Part shown: positions 29,102 through 39,248 of the stretch, piece after piece
Numbering within the stretch: the first letter of the stretch is position 1
Layout: each line of letters opens with the position of its first letter
Origin: an uncultured Flavobacteriales bacterium
GTDB taxonomy: Bacteria; Bacteroidota; Bacteroidia; Flavobacteriales; BACL11
Direction of reading: 5' to 3'
Length of the DNA stretch: 64,000 nt
Assembly: GCA_913031595.1 (NCBI GenBank)
Contig: CAJWCP010000001.1
Span: forward strand, 4,782-68,781
Notes under the pieces: generated by a model
Told to the model about the DNA's origin: nothing
The model's database searches: none
Seen by the model: only the letters and a program-made list of their open reading frames with translations
Program-made: the position numbers and the translations under genes

Positions 29102-29190
29102 AATTAAAAGTTTGATAAATCTGAGGCCAATTTATAAAATTTAGCTTAATAAATTATAATAATAGTATTTTTACAAAAACTTTGTGTAGT

Positions 29191-29427
29191 ATGCTTAGAC
29201 TTTATATTATAGGCGTTTGTATTTTAATTATTGCAATTATAGCTAATATGATTGTGGGTTATCTAGGGGTTTCTACATGGTATAATTTTGGACCTCAATT
29301 TTTTGCAAAAGGATTTTCTGCAGTCAAAGAAGCTGGCTTTATAAATTGCCTTTGGCTTTTTATTTTATATCCTCTTACTTTATCTCTTGGTTATATATTA
29401 GGAGATAAATTACATAGTTTATTATAA
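29191..29427 (+). CDS. Small hypothetical membrane protein
   Basis: 78 aa counted from the first ATG (MLRLYIIGVCILIIAIIANM...), with two or three hydrophobic helices. Confidence 0.35.
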   Translation: MLRLYIIGVCILIIAIIANMIVGYLGVSTWYNFGPQFFAKGFSAVKEAGFINCLWLFILYPLTLSLGYILGDKLHSLL

Positions 29428-29428
29428 G

Positions 29429-29875
29429 TTAGATAATACGGCAAGATTCTTTATTGTAAAGAATAGGCAATAGGTCTTTGTAATAACGAAGACATAAAAT
29501 CATATTCAATCCTAATAAGATACCTGTTTCTATATTTTCATCTATTCTATTATCAAAGAATACATGCATAAAGAAGATATTAAATATCATGGGTAATAAT
29601 AAAAGTAGTCCTACCATTCTGGTTTGTGGTATAATCATAAGTATACCTGCTAATATTTGAAAAATAGCAATCATTCTTAAAAAGCCTGATTGACGCATTG
29701 TATTCATTGTTATTTTATAACCTACAGGAGCTTCATAAGAATTCTTTTCTACAATTGTAGATATAATTTCTTCTTTACTTACATCTTTTAGCTTTATAGG
29801 TAATTTATCAACTCCTTTGTAAATAAAAAAGAGTCCCAGTAATATAGTTAGTATTGAGTGAATAATTGTTTTCAT
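29429..29875 (-). CDS. Hypothetical membrane protein, DoxX-like
   Basis: 148 aa with four hydrophobic segments. The N-terminal LLGLFFIYKGVDKL resembles DoxX-type proteins. Confidence 0.4.
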   Translation of the reverse strand: MKTIIHSILTILLGLFFIYKGVDKLPIKLKDVSKEEIISTIVEKNSYEAPVGYKITMNTMRQSGFLRMIAIFQILAGILMIIPQTRMVGLLLLLPMIFNIFFMHVFFDNRIDENIETGILLGLNMILCLRYYKDLLPILYNKESCRII

Positions 29876-29897
29876 ATTTTATATAATTTAATGTTAT

Positions 29898-30860
29898 TTA
29901 TGTTCTTTGTTTATTTCTAGTAATAATTTGAAGTATATTTTTAAATGGATTCCATAAGTTGCTTAATAGAGAATTATATTTTCTTGTTTCTTTTCCTATA
30001 CCAAATTTTATTTTAGAAGCTGATTTTGATAGTACTAATGTGCCAAACATCCAATCCCATATGGCTAATTTAGATCCCATATTTTTATTGAAGTGTTTTG
30101 GGTTGTCACTGTGATGTATTTGGTGCTGATATGGGCTAATTAATAGATATTCAATTATCTTAGGATATCGTAACTTTACATGTGAATGTCTTAGGTTGGC
30201 CCCAAAAAGAAGAAAGATAAAACTAAACACATTGACCCCTAGAAATACTAGCTTGTTAATCTGATGAGCAGATAGGTAATCAAATAGTCCTGTTATTAGT
30301 CCAAATACTACAATACTTCGAATATTATTAATAATAAGTTCAATAGGGTGTATACGATATTGTGTGAAAGGGTTTAGGGTAGTGGCAGAATGATGTATTT
30401 TATGAAATTCCCATAATATAGGTACTTTATGCAATAAGTAATGTACTATAAAAACAGAGAAGTCATTTATTATAGTAAGAGTAATAGTATACAATATTAT
30501 AGTTAGTGTTACATTGAGTGAAGACTGTGGAAAGCCAAATCCTTGCAATAACATTTCATTGGTATAAAATGCGATGTAAAGACTAAAGACTACGTAGGGG
30601 GCAAGTAATAATATTTTTAAGAAACTATTAAATATAAAAAGGCCGTAGTCAATTAAAGCAGATTTACTTAGCCAAATCCTTTTATTAAATACGTATTTCC
30701 AGAAAGAGCCTTTAATTTTTGTTTTCTTGTATATGAAAAAAGCTAATAATAAAGAAGAAAATAGGTATAGTATATGTATCCTTTTTTCTGTATCAATAAA
30801 GTACGAAAGAGCTAAACTAACACCCTCATTTATTATTTCAAACACTTCATTAAAATACAT
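29898..30860 (-). CDS. Fatty acid hydroxylase / sterol desaturase family membrane protein
   Basis: 320 aa with His boxes HYLLHK, HKIHHS and HQIHHS. Confidence 0.8.
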   Translation of the reverse strand: MYFNEVFEIINEGVSLALSYFIDTEKRIHILYLFSSLLLAFFIYKKTKIKGSFWKYVFNKRIWLSKSALIDYGLFIFNSFLKILLLAPYVVFSLYIAFYTNEMLLQGFGFPQSSLNVTLTIILYTITLTIINDFSVFIVHYLLHKVPILWEFHKIHHSATTLNPFTQYRIHPIELIINNIRSIVVFGLITGLFDYLSAHQINKLVFLGVNVFSFIFLLFGANLRHSHVKLRYPKIIEYLLISPYQHQIHHSDNPKHFNKNMGSKLAIWDWMFGTLVLSKSASKIKFGIGKETRKYNSLLSNLWNPFKNILQIITRNKQRT

Positions 30861-30864
30861 TGTG

Positions 30865-30872
30865 CAAATTTA
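30865..30872 (-). promoter_or_regulatory. -7 promoter element TAAATTTG, 4 nt upstream of the ATG at 30860
   Basis: The minus strand reads TAAATTTG-CACA-ATG. Confidence 0.45.
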
Positions 30873-30906
30873 CTAATTAAGAATTAATCTAAATAAAAAT
30901 AAGTAT

Positions 30907-30914
30907 TATATTTG
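30907..30914 (+). promoter_or_regulatory. -7 promoter element TATATTTG for the DUF4856-like/imelysin/TBDR cluster
   Basis: The plus strand carries tatatttg 45 nt upstream of the ATG at 30960. Confidence 0.4.
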
Positions 30915-30959
30915 CAGCGAAAATAATAAATTATTAATAACTAAAAAATATAGAAAAAA

Positions 30960-32132
30960 ATGAAAAAAAATAATTTACTTAAGGTTTTTTCTGTTGGGCT
31001 CGCTCTTTTTATGGCGTCATGTTCTTCAGATACTGATCCTACACCTACACCTGTGGGATGTACAGTTTCTCAAACATTAACCTCTTATGCTTTCACTAAT
31101 GATTCTCTTGAATCTACTGTGGCTTATGGCGGTCAAACACTTAGAATGCAGCAGGCTAACGCTATTTACGATGTGTTAAATTTTAATTTAGCTGCAAATA
31201 ATGTTGACTTACTTACTATGTGGCAGAATGGTCAAGGATTTACAAATACTGATTTAAATTCAACAACAAAAAACATTGAAGGGAAATTAGCTTATGGTTC
31301 TTTCACTAATGGTATGATTAACGCTGCTGAAAGAGATGCTGTGCAAAATGATTTTGTAGCATGGATATTAGATTTCGAAACTTCTGATATTGCTAATGCA
31401 TCAGATCCGGCTGATACAAATCAGGCGGGTATGCTCGGAGGTTATGAGTTAAACGCTAAAGGGATGGAAATTGATCAGATTATTGCCAAATCATTAAGTG
31501 GTGCTTTAATATATGATAATATAGCTAATCATTATTCCTTACCTGTACAGTTAAATGCTCAAAATAATACAGATAGATACGTTGGCACTTCTCCTAAACC
31601 TTATACTTCTAGAGAACATTATTGGGATGAGGCTGTAGGTTATATTTATGGATTAGATAATGTTGAGAGCCCTGCATATGGTGCGGATTTATTTCTAAAT
31701 AAGTATTTAGGAGGTAATTCTGTGGCTACTTGGCAAATAACAAGTAGAGATAAAATATACAATGCATGTATTCATGGAAGAGAAGCTGTTGTAGCTAATT
31801 GCCCAGCTGAAACAGAAAGACAAGCTGTTATTATTAGAAATGAATTGAAAAAGTTAATTGCTCAAAAAGCATTTCATTATTTTGATCAGTGTGGTTATAA
31901 TCCAGATGGTGTTCCTGAGTTAGATCAAGGGAACCCTAAATGGTTCCATTATCTAGCTGAAGGGTATGGTTTTCTTTATTCATTACAATTTACTGATTAC
32001 ATGAATAGAGATCAAGTAATGGGTCACTTAAATAGTTTAACTGATGGTAATGGTTTTTGGGATGTAACAGCTGCAGATTGTCAAGCAATAGCTGATGAGA
32101 TTAGTGCTATAACTGGTGAGGTAAGACAATAA
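30960..32132 (+). CDS. DUF4856-like lipoprotein (iron-uptake-cluster associated)
   Basis: 390 aa with lipobox FMASC. It lies immediately upstream of an imelysin-like gene and a TBDR, a gene order I recall for DUF4856 proteins. The family call is from memory only. Confidence 0.5.
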   Translation: MKKNNLLKVFSVGLALFMASCSSDTDPTPTPVGCTVSQTLTSYAFTNDSLESTVAYGGQTLRMQQANAIYDVLNFNLAANNVDLLTMWQNGQGFTNTDLNSTTKNIEGKLAYGSFTNGMINAAERDAVQNDFVAWILDFETSDIANASDPADTNQAGMLGGYELNAKGMEIDQIIAKSLSGALIYDNIANHYSLPVQLNAQNNTDRYVGTSPKPYTSREHYWDEAVGYIYGLDNVESPAYGADLFLNKYLGGNSVATWQITSRDKIYNACIHGREAVVANCPAETERQAVIIRNELKKLIAQKAFHYFDQCGYNPDGVPELDQGNPKWFHYLAEGYGFLYSLQFTDYMNRDQVMGHLNSLTDGNGFWDVTAADCQAIADEISAITGEVRQ

Positions 32133-32148
32133 TTTAAATTTTAAATCT

Positions 32149-32178
32149 AAGGGCATGAGAAAATCTCATGCCCTTTTT
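32149..32178 (+). terminator. Rho-independent terminator/attenuator hairpin
   Basis: AAGGGCATGAG-aaaat-CTCATGCCCTT followed by a T-run. It lies between the DUF4856-like and imelysin-like genes. Confidence 0.65.
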
Positions 32179-32188
32179 AATATTATAT

Positions 32189-33283
32189 ATGAAAAAGTTC
32201 ATTTACCCTTTACTTTTTGTTTTACTTTATTCTTGCTCTACTCCACAAGATAATCTAAACAATACAGATAATTTTGATCGTAAACCACTCTTAGAAAATG
32301 TAGTTGATAATATTATTATTCCTTCATATGATAATTTATTAATTAAGCTTAATGAATTGAAAGTAGAAGCTGATACTTTTTCTAATCATCCATCTGCAAA
32401 TCATTTATCTATATTGAGAGAAAAGTGGGTAGATGCATATATTGCTTGGCAATATGTAGAGATTTTTGAGATTGGTAAGGCAGAAGAGATAAGGTATGCA
32501 AGGAGAATGAATACTTATCCCACTAATACTGTAGACATTGATGATAATATTTCTAATGGAGTTTCAGATTTAAGTACGCCTACTATAATGAATTATGCTA
32601 GACAAGGTTTTCCAGCTCTTGACTATATGCTTTATGGCCTAGGAGGAGATAGTAATTTAGTTTTCAACTATTATATTAATCAAGATGGTTCTTTATATCT
32701 TTCTTATTTAAATGTGCTTATAGATGAGATGGTTAACAATACAAGTGAGGTGATTGCATACTGGCAGAATAATAGAAATATTTTTATTAATTCCACTAAT
32801 AATACTGCAACTTCAAGTTTAAATAAGTTAGTCAATGATTACATTTATTATTATGAGAAAGGTTTTAGAGCTAATAAGATTGGAATTCCTGCAGGAATAT
32901 GGTCTAATGATTTGCCAGAAAATGTTGAAGCATATTATAAAAGAGATCTTTCTAAAACGCTTTGTCTTGTTGCATTGGATGTTTGTCATAATTTTTTCAT
33001 TGGAAAGCATTTTGATAATCAAATTCAGGGGGCTAGTTTAAAAGATTATGTAGATTATATCACTACAAACCCTAATTTAAGTGCAGAAATTATTAGTAAC
33101 CTTGATAGTGCTCGTACTCAAATTAATTTATTAAATGATGATTTTGCTTTTCAAGTACAAACTAATAATATATTAATGCTTGAAGCATATGATGCTGTAC
33201 AAGTTGTAACTAGACTTTTAAAGACAGATATGCTTACATTTTTAAATATTCAAACAGATTATGTTGACTCTGATGGAGACTAG
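32189..33283 (+). CDS. Imelysin-like (peptidase M75 family-like) lipoprotein
   Basis: The start is placed at MKKFIYPLLFVLLYSC (lipobox), because the earlier ATG lies inside the terminator hairpin. The GFPALDYMLYG region resembles the imelysin GxHxxE-position motif in its non-catalytic variant. Confidence 0.55.
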   Translation: MKKFIYPLLFVLLYSCSTPQDNLNNTDNFDRKPLLENVVDNIIIPSYDNLLIKLNELKVEADTFSNHPSANHLSILREKWVDAYIAWQYVEIFEIGKAEEIRYARRMNTYPTNTVDIDDNISNGVSDLSTPTIMNYARQGFPALDYMLYGLGGDSNLVFNYYINQDGSLYLSYLNVLIDEMVNNTSEVIAYWQNNRNIFINSTNNTATSSLNKLVNDYIYYYEKGFRANKIGIPAGIWSNDLPENVEAYYKRDLSKTLCLVALDVCHNFFIGKHFDNQIQGASLKDYVDYITTNPNLSAEIISNLDSARTQINLLNDDFAFQVQTNNILMLEAYDAVQVVTRLLKTDMLTFLNIQTDYVDSDGD

Positions 33284-33314
33284 AGTTTTATTGTTGTAAG
33301 ACATTTCACTATTT

Positions 33315-35783
33315 ATGTTTAATATATATTTTTATAAAAATAATCTAAATAAAAAAGCATCTAATAATATTAGATGTTTTTTCTTTATTGCTCTTTCTTT
33401 TCTTTATTTTGAAGGTTTTTCTCAAACATCTAATGTTTATGGATATGTCTTTAGTGAAAATAATAAGCCTATAGAAGATGTTGAGATATATGATAAAGAA
33501 GAAGGTTTTTTATTATCTAAAACGAACGAGAAAGGATTTTATAAGTTTACTACCATACATAACAATTTAGAAGTGACTTTCTTTTCGGCTAACTATAATG
33601 TATTTTCTAAGAAGATTAATATTGTAGATTCCTTAAGATTAGACGTTAATCTTAAAGAAATATCTATTGCTCTAGATGAAGTAGAAATTCAAAATAAGAG
33701 AATAGAATTTTTCAGTACTAGAAAAATTGATGATGTTGTAGAAACATCTATATATGCTGCAAAAAAAACAGAAGCTATTTTAATTGATGATAAGACTACT
33801 AGTTTAGCTTTAAATAATGCTAGAAAGATATATAGTAAGGTGGCTGGTTTAAATGTATATGAGAATGATGATGCAGGACTACAATTAAATATTGGAGGAA
33901 GAGGGCTTGATCCAAATAGAACTTCAAATTTTAATACTCGACAAAATGGGTATGATATTAGTGCAGATGTTTTAGGATATCCTGAGAGTTATTATACCCC
34001 AGCAGGAGAGGCGTTAGAGAGAATAGAAGTTGTTAGAGGGGCTGCCTCTTTGCAATATGGGACACAGTTTGGAGGGTTAATTAATTTTAAGCTAAAAGAT
34101 GCCCCTAAAGATAGAGTACTTGAATTTGTCTCTAGAAATACTATTGGCAGTAATAGTTTACTTACAAATTTTATTAGTCTTGCAGGCACTAATAATGATG
34201 TTAGTTATTATACTTTTTTTAATCGCAAAGAAGGGATGGGCTTTAGAGAGAATTCTTCTTTTTATTCTAGTAATATATATGGAAAAGTAACTAAGAGTTT
34301 TAAATTTAATTTAACTCTTTCATTAGAGCTGACTTACTTAGATTACTTAGCTCAACAGGCCGGTGGGTTAACTGATTATATGTTTGAAGAAGATCCTTAT
34401 CAGAGTAATAGAGCAAGGAATTGGTTCGCTGTCAACTGGCTTTTATATAATCTTAAAATTGAGCATATTATTTCTGATCAAACAATACAGAAAATAAGTT
34501 TTTTTGGACTGGAAGCTTCTAGGGATGCCTTAGGATTTAGAACTAATAGAGTTGATCAGGTTGATATTGGAAGTGAGCGAGATTTAATTAGTGGTCAGTT
34601 TAAGAATTTTGGACTTGAATATCGCCTTTTACATGAAGATAAGATTTTACAATATAATACAGTTTCTTTACTAGGAGTAAAATTATATAAAGCCAATAAC
34701 AGTAGTAGGCAAGGGCCTGGGTCTGCAGATGATTCTGCTGATTTTGATTTCCAGAATGATAATTACCCTTATTATACTAACCAATCAGAATATAAATATC
34801 CTAATTTTAATATATCTGTGTTTGGAGAAAACATTTTTTATTTAAATGATAAGTTTTCTATAACACCAGGTTTTAGATTTGAGCATATTGATACTCGTAG
34901 TGATGGGTATTATAGACAGATCAATCTTGATGGTGCATCTAACCCTATTTGGGATACAATTATCTTTGATAATCGAGATAATAAAAGAGATTTTTTCTTG
35001 TTTGGATTAGGTCTTTCTTACAAACATAATACAAGTTGTGAGTTTTATGCAAATGCATCTCAAAATTATCGTTCTGTTACATTTGCAGATATTAGTATTA
35101 TAAATCCTGCATTTGTTATTAATCCTGACATTCAAGATGAAGATGGATATACTATAGATTTAGGCTTAAGAGGTAATATCAATAATATACTGTATTACGA
35201 TCTAACTACTTTTCAACTAATGTATAATAATAGAATTGGATTCGTTCAGAAAGTTCAAGATGATGGTAATGTAAAGAGTGAAAGAGGGAATGTGGGAGAT
35301 GCAAGAATTTTAGGAATAGAGTCTCTCATAAATTTTAATTTTAAAAACATACTGCCTGATAATTATATTTTTAGTTGTTTTTTAAATACTTCATTTATAG
35401 AATCTCAGTATGTAAAATCAGAAGTGCCAGGAATAGAAGGGAAGAAAGTAGAATTTATCCCAAGATTAAATACGAAAACAGGAATGGTGCTAGGGTATAA
35501 GAATATTGAGTATTCTATTCAGTATGCTTACCTTAGTGAACAATACACTGACGCATCAAATGCTGTAGAAAGTAATATTAGTGGTGTAATTGGGCAAATA
35601 CCAGCTTATCAAATTATTGATATAACACTTTTGTCTAAGTTTAAAAGATACACATTCGAAGCGGGTATAAATAATCTTTTAAATACGGCTTACTTTACAA
35701 GAAGAGCAACTGGATATCCAGGGCCAGGTATTATCCCTTCGCCACCTAGAAATTATTATCTAACATTAGAAATTAGACTTTAA
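33315..35783 (+). CDS. TonB-dependent receptor
   Basis: 822 aa with a carboxypeptidase-regulatory-like N-domain (NVYGYVFSENNKPIEDVEIYD), plug motif RIEVVRGAASLQYGTQFGGLINF and a long beta-barrel. Confidence 0.85.
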   Translation: MFNIYFYKNNLNKKASNNIRCFFFIALSFLYFEGFSQTSNVYGYVFSENNKPIEDVEIYDKEEGFLLSKTNEKGFYKFTTIHNNLEVTFFSANYNVFSKKINIVDSLRLDVNLKEISIALDEVEIQNKRIEFFSTRKIDDVVETSIYAAKKTEAILIDDKTTSLALNNARKIYSKVAGLNVYENDDAGLQLNIGGRGLDPNRTSNFNTRQNGYDISADVLGYPESYYTPAGEALERIEVVRGAASLQYGTQFGGLINFKLKDAPKDRVLEFVSRNTIGSNSLLTNFISLAGTNNDVSYYTFFNRKEGMGFRENSSFYSSNIYGKVTKSFKFNLTLSLELTYLDYLAQQAGGLTDYMFEEDPYQSNRARNWFAVNWLLYNLKIEHIISDQTIQKISFFGLEASRDALGFRTNRVDQVDIGSERDLISGQFKNFGLEYRLLHEDKILQYNTVSLLGVKLYKANNSSRQGPGSADDSADFDFQNDNYPYYTNQSEYKYPNFNISVFGENIFYLNDKFSITPGFRFEHIDTRSDGYYRQINLDGASNPIWDTIIFDNRDNKRDFFLFGLGLSYKHNTSCEFYANASQNYRSVTFADISIINPAFVINPDIQDEDGYTIDLGLRGNINNILYYDLTTFQLMYNNRIGFVQKVQDDGNVKSERGNVGDARILGIESLINFNFKNILPDNYIFSCFLNTSFIESQYVKSEVPGIEGKKVEFIPRLNTKTGMVLGYKNIEYSIQYAYLSEQYTDASNAVESNISGVIGQIPAYQIIDITLLSKFKRYTFEAGINNLLNTAYFTRRATGYPGPGIIPSPPRNYYLTLEIRL

Positions 35784-35785
35784 TT

Positions 35786-36877
35786 TTATTCTACCCAATC
35801 AGCAATAAAAACATTTGTATTTCTCGTTCCTCCATTATTTCTGTTAGATGAGAAAACAATTTTTTTCCCATCATTTGAAAAAACAGGGAAAGAAGCAAAT
35901 TTCTCATCATAAGTGATTTGCTTTAAATTGCTACCATCTATATCTATCATGTATAGATTGAAGGGGAAACCCATAATGCTTTCATGATTTGAGCAGAATA
36001 TGATTTTTTTGTTACTAGGATGGAAAAATGGGGACCAATTTGCATTTCCAAGGTTTGTGATTTGTTTTAAATCAGAACCATCTACGTTACAAGTAAAAAT
36101 TTCCATTTTAGTAGGTTGGACTAATCCGTTTGATAAAAGATCTTTATACTCCTTAATCTCTTTTTTAGTTTTTGGTCTAGATGCCCTAAAGACTAACTTT
36201 TTACCATCAGGAGAAAAAAATGCACCTCCATCATAGCCTAATTCATTTGTTACTTGCTTAACATTAGATCCGTCAATGTCACATGTATAAAGTTCAAGGT
36301 CACCGGTTCTTATTGAAGTAAATACTATTTTGTCCCCCATTGGTGAAACTGTTGCCTCAGCATCGTAACCTTCATTATCGGTAAGTTGTTTAACCACATT
36401 TCCTTCTAAATCAGCAATAAAAATATCATATGAATCATAGATTGGCCAAACATATTTTCCGTCAACTCTTCTTTCTGGAACATGTGGGCATTTTGCATCT
36501 TCTAAATGAGTTGAGGCATATATTATAGTTGAATCTCCAGGCATGAAATATGAGCAAGTGGTTCTTCCTAATCCTAGACTAACCATTTTAGGAGTCTCAC
36601 TATGAAGGTTATAATTATTTGTGTCTATAATATATATTTGGTCACAGCTTTGTCCCCATTTTTCGTTAGTAGCTTGAAATATTAATTTAGAATCATCAAA
36701 ACTCCAATAAGCTTCGGCGTTTTCACCTCCAAAAGTTAATTGCTTCATGTTTTTGAAATGAACTTCTTCAGGATATATCAAAGATGTTTTTTTTCCTTCT
36801 TCTTCTTTTTTATTGTCTTTATTAGTACAGGAGAATAATAGTAGTAAAATTATTATATAGTAGATAGATTCTTTCAT
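35786..36877 (-). CDS. TolB-like PD40 beta-propeller lipoprotein
   Basis: The start is placed at the ATG giving MKESIYYIIILLLLFSC (lipobox); the ORF track used an upstream TTG. It has repeated PD40 motifs (SPDGKKLVF, SNDGKKIVFSS, SPMGDKIVFTS). Confidence 0.75.
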   Translation of the reverse strand: MKESIYYIIILLLLFSCTNKDNKKEEEGKKTSLIYPEEVHFKNMKQLTFGGENAEAYWSFDDSKLIFQATNEKWGQSCDQIYIIDTNNYNLHSETPKMVSLGLGRTTCSYFMPGDSTIIYASTHLEDAKCPHVPERRVDGKYVWPIYDSYDIFIADLEGNVVKQLTDNEGYDAEATVSPMGDKIVFTSIRTGDLELYTCDIDGSNVKQVTNELGYDGGAFFSPDGKKLVFRASRPKTKKEIKEYKDLLSNGLVQPTKMEIFTCNVDGSDLKQITNLGNANWSPFFHPSNKKIIFCSNHESIMGFPFNLYMIDIDGSNLKQITYDEKFASFPVFSNDGKKIVFSSNRNNGGTRNTNVFIADWVE

Positions 36878-36898
36878 ATTTTTGTCAAAAATTTTTTG

Positions 36899-36906
36899 CA
36901 AAAATA
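36899..36906 (-). promoter_or_regulatory. -7 promoter element TATTTTTG for the TolB-like gene
   Basis: Reverse complement of caaaaata, lying 21 nt upstream of the ATG at 36877, inside the 40-nt divergent intergenic region. Confidence 0.4.
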
Positions 36907-36917
36907 ATACTTAACTT

Positions 36918-38138
36918 ATGAAAGGAAAAACAATTATTAGCTTATTATTAATTTTTTCAAGTTGTATAAGCAACACTGATAATCAAGAAGAAATAATAAG
37001 TAAAATGAGAGCAGAAGTAACTTATTTATCTTCTGATAAGCTTGAAGGTAGAGAAACAGGTACAGAAGGAGAAAGGTTGGCAGCAGAATTTATTGCATCT
37101 AAGTTTACTGAGTATAATCTTATTCCAAAAGGAACAGAGGATTATTATCAATATTTTGATGCCACAATTAAAGAAAATCCTCACTCGAATACAGTAAAAA
37201 GAGAAATAAGAGGTATAAATGTTGTTGGTTATATTGATAATAAGGCAGAGCAAAGTATTATTATAGGAGCGCATTATGATCATTTAGGATTCGGTGAGTT
37301 TGGGTCTTTGTATGATGGGGAAAAAGAGATACATAATGGGGCAGATGATAATGCAAGTGGAGTTAGTATTTTGATTAATCTAGCTAATGAGCTGTCTAGT
37401 ATTAAAGAGTATAATTATTTATTTATCGCTTTTTCAGGTGAAGAACATGGACTTTTTGGATCTTCATATTATGCTAAAAACCCTACTATTGATTTAGCTA
37501 GTGTACGTTTTATGATTAATTTTGATATGGTGGGACGTTTAAATGATGAAAAAACATTAGCAATTAATGGAGTGGGAACAAGTCAAGACTGGACGGAGTT
37601 AATCACTCAGGCTAATACATATGAATTAAATCTTAAAACTTCTGAGTCAGGAATAGGACCTTCTGATCAAACTTCATTTTATTTGCAAGATATACCGGTG
37701 CTTCATTTTTTTACAGGTCAACATGCTGATTATCATAAACCATCAGATGATGTAGAAAAAATAAATTTTTCAGGCATGTATACATTACTTAATTATGTAA
37801 AAGATATTATAGATGCATCTACTTCAATAACTGAATTTAACTTTCAGGAGACAGCTTCTGATTCTACAACTGCTCCTAGATTTACAGTTACATTAGGAGT
37901 TATGCCTGACTATTTATTTGATGGAAAAGGAATGAGGATTGATGGTGTTTCAAAGAATAAAACAGCAGATAAATATGGGGTGTTAAAAGGGGATATTGTT
38001 ATTAAATTAGGAGATGTACAAGTGAATGACATGATGGCATATATGAAGGCTCTTGGTCAATTTAATAAAGGTGATGCAACTGTAGTTAGAGTTTTAAGAG
38101 AAGACACTGAGGTAGATATAGATATTGTATTTCAATAA
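36918..38138 (+). CDS. M28-family metallopeptidase lipoprotein with C-terminal PDZ domain
   Basis: 406 aa with lipobox FSSC. M28 metal-ligand motifs are HYDHLG, GADDNASG, SGEEHGLFGS, NFDMVG and YHKPSDD. The C-terminus is PDZ-like (GVLKGDIVIKLGDVQV). Confidence 0.85.
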   Translation: MKGKTIISLLLIFSSCISNTDNQEEIISKMRAEVTYLSSDKLEGRETGTEGERLAAEFIASKFTEYNLIPKGTEDYYQYFDATIKENPHSNTVKREIRGINVVGYIDNKAEQSIIIGAHYDHLGFGEFGSLYDGEKEIHNGADDNASGVSILINLANELSSIKEYNYLFIAFSGEEHGLFGSSYYAKNPTIDLASVRFMINFDMVGRLNDEKTLAINGVGTSQDWTELITQANTYELNLKTSESGIGPSDQTSFYLQDIPVLHFFTGQHADYHKPSDDVEKINFSGMYTLLNYVKDIIDASTSITEFNFQETASDSTTAPRFTVTLGVMPDYLFDGKGMRIDGVSKNKTADKYGVLKGDIVIKLGDVQVNDMMAYMKALGQFNKGDATVVRVLREDTEVDIDIVFQ

Positions 38139-38281
38139 TGAGTAGGATTTGTATTTTATTGTTATTTATTTTTAGTTTAACTGCTTGTATTAAGCCAAGT
38201 TTAGAAAAAGTAGATGGTAGCAGTGAGAAGGTTATAAAAGATTCTGTTTATTTTGAATCTGTTAAGATAGAAACTCATTAG
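38138..38281 (+). CDS. Putative 47-aa lipoprotein (below the ORF-track size cutoff)
   Basis: MSRICILLLFIFSLTAC... with lipobox LTAC. Its ATG overlaps the peptidase stop (TAATG). Confidence 0.3.
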   Translation: MSRICILLLFIFSLTACIKPSLEKVDGSSEKVIKDSVYFESVKIETH

Positions 38282-38285
38282 AAAA

Positions 38286-39248
38286 TTATAATTGTTGAAT
38301 TTCAAAAGTAGGATATCCTTTTTCTCCTAGATCATTATAAAAATCTATAAATCGTAATTTATAATAATGTCCTTCACCATCTTGAAGAATATAGTTTCTG
38401 TTTTCAACGATTGAATAGCTGCTTGATTCTAAATCAAATATTTTCCAATTATAACCAATGAAATCTCTTTCTTGATTAAAATCATATTGATTAACCTCAG
38501 TATAATTAATATTCTCAAAAGAATTTATTGTGTCTAAAGCAACACTAAGGGTACTGTTGTTAATTAATATTCCAGTAACTAGGTAAGGTGTTGGAGGGTT
38601 AGGAAAAATATGTAAATATTGAGAAAATAACAGGTCCCAATCAGATATATTAGGTTCAATATTCATTACTTTGTTTTCAGAGAATGAGAAGCAAGTTTTT
38701 TGTTTGTTTACTTGTTTATCAATCCATACAGTAGTATCAAGAGAATTATCTAATGAAGCATATCTAACCATATATCCTGTCTCATTTATAGAATCAATTC
38801 TGAATTTTATATATCCTATTGGATTTCCTGAGATATTATAACCTCTATCTATTATAAAGAAGATATTTTGATTTTGATAATCCCCAATAGCAGTACTATC
38901 TATACTGCCTGAAGGGTTATCCCAATTCCATTGAGGGTTATTTATAGAGAACACTGATTCAAAAGATGAATCTGTAATTCTCCATGCGGCTCCACCTAGA
39001 GATGAGTTAAGAAAAATTCTCCATCCATCTATATTGGATTCAAATCCAATATCCCAACTTGTTTTTAGGTTCTGAGAAACAACCGTATTATCTTTTAGTT
39101 TATAAAATATTTGGTAACGATAATCTTGCTGCATTTCAATCGTAGTGGTAATTAGATCTCCTGTTTGATGTGGTGGTATAGGGATTTCTCCTTTATCACA
39201 AGATGTTATCATAAATATTAATAAAGTATATGTTAGGATTTTCTGCAT
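38286..39248 (-). CDS. HmuY-like lipoprotein (paralog of 41528-42763)
   Basis: 320 aa with lipobox ITSC and two W-D-[IL]-x-F motifs (SWDIGFES, DWDLLFSQY). It aligns along its length with the 411-aa neighbour. Its start overlaps the TBDR stop. The HmuY assignment is from memory of the WD[IL]AF motif. Confidence 0.5.
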   Translation of the reverse strand: MQKILTYTLLIFMITSCDKGEIPIPPHQTGDLITTTIEMQQDYRYQIFYKLKDNTVVSQNLKTSWDIGFESNIDGWRIFLNSSLGGAAWRITDSSFESVFSINNPQWNWDNPSGSIDSTAIGDYQNQNIFFIIDRGYNISGNPIGYIKFRIDSINETGYMVRYASLDNSLDTTVWIDKQVNKQKTCFSFSENKVMNIEPNISDWDLLFSQYLHIFPNPPTPYLVTGILINNSTLSVALDTINSFENINYTEVNQYDFNQERDFIGYNWKIFDLESSSYSIVENRNYILQDGEGHYYKLRFIDFYNDLGEKGYPTFEIQQL

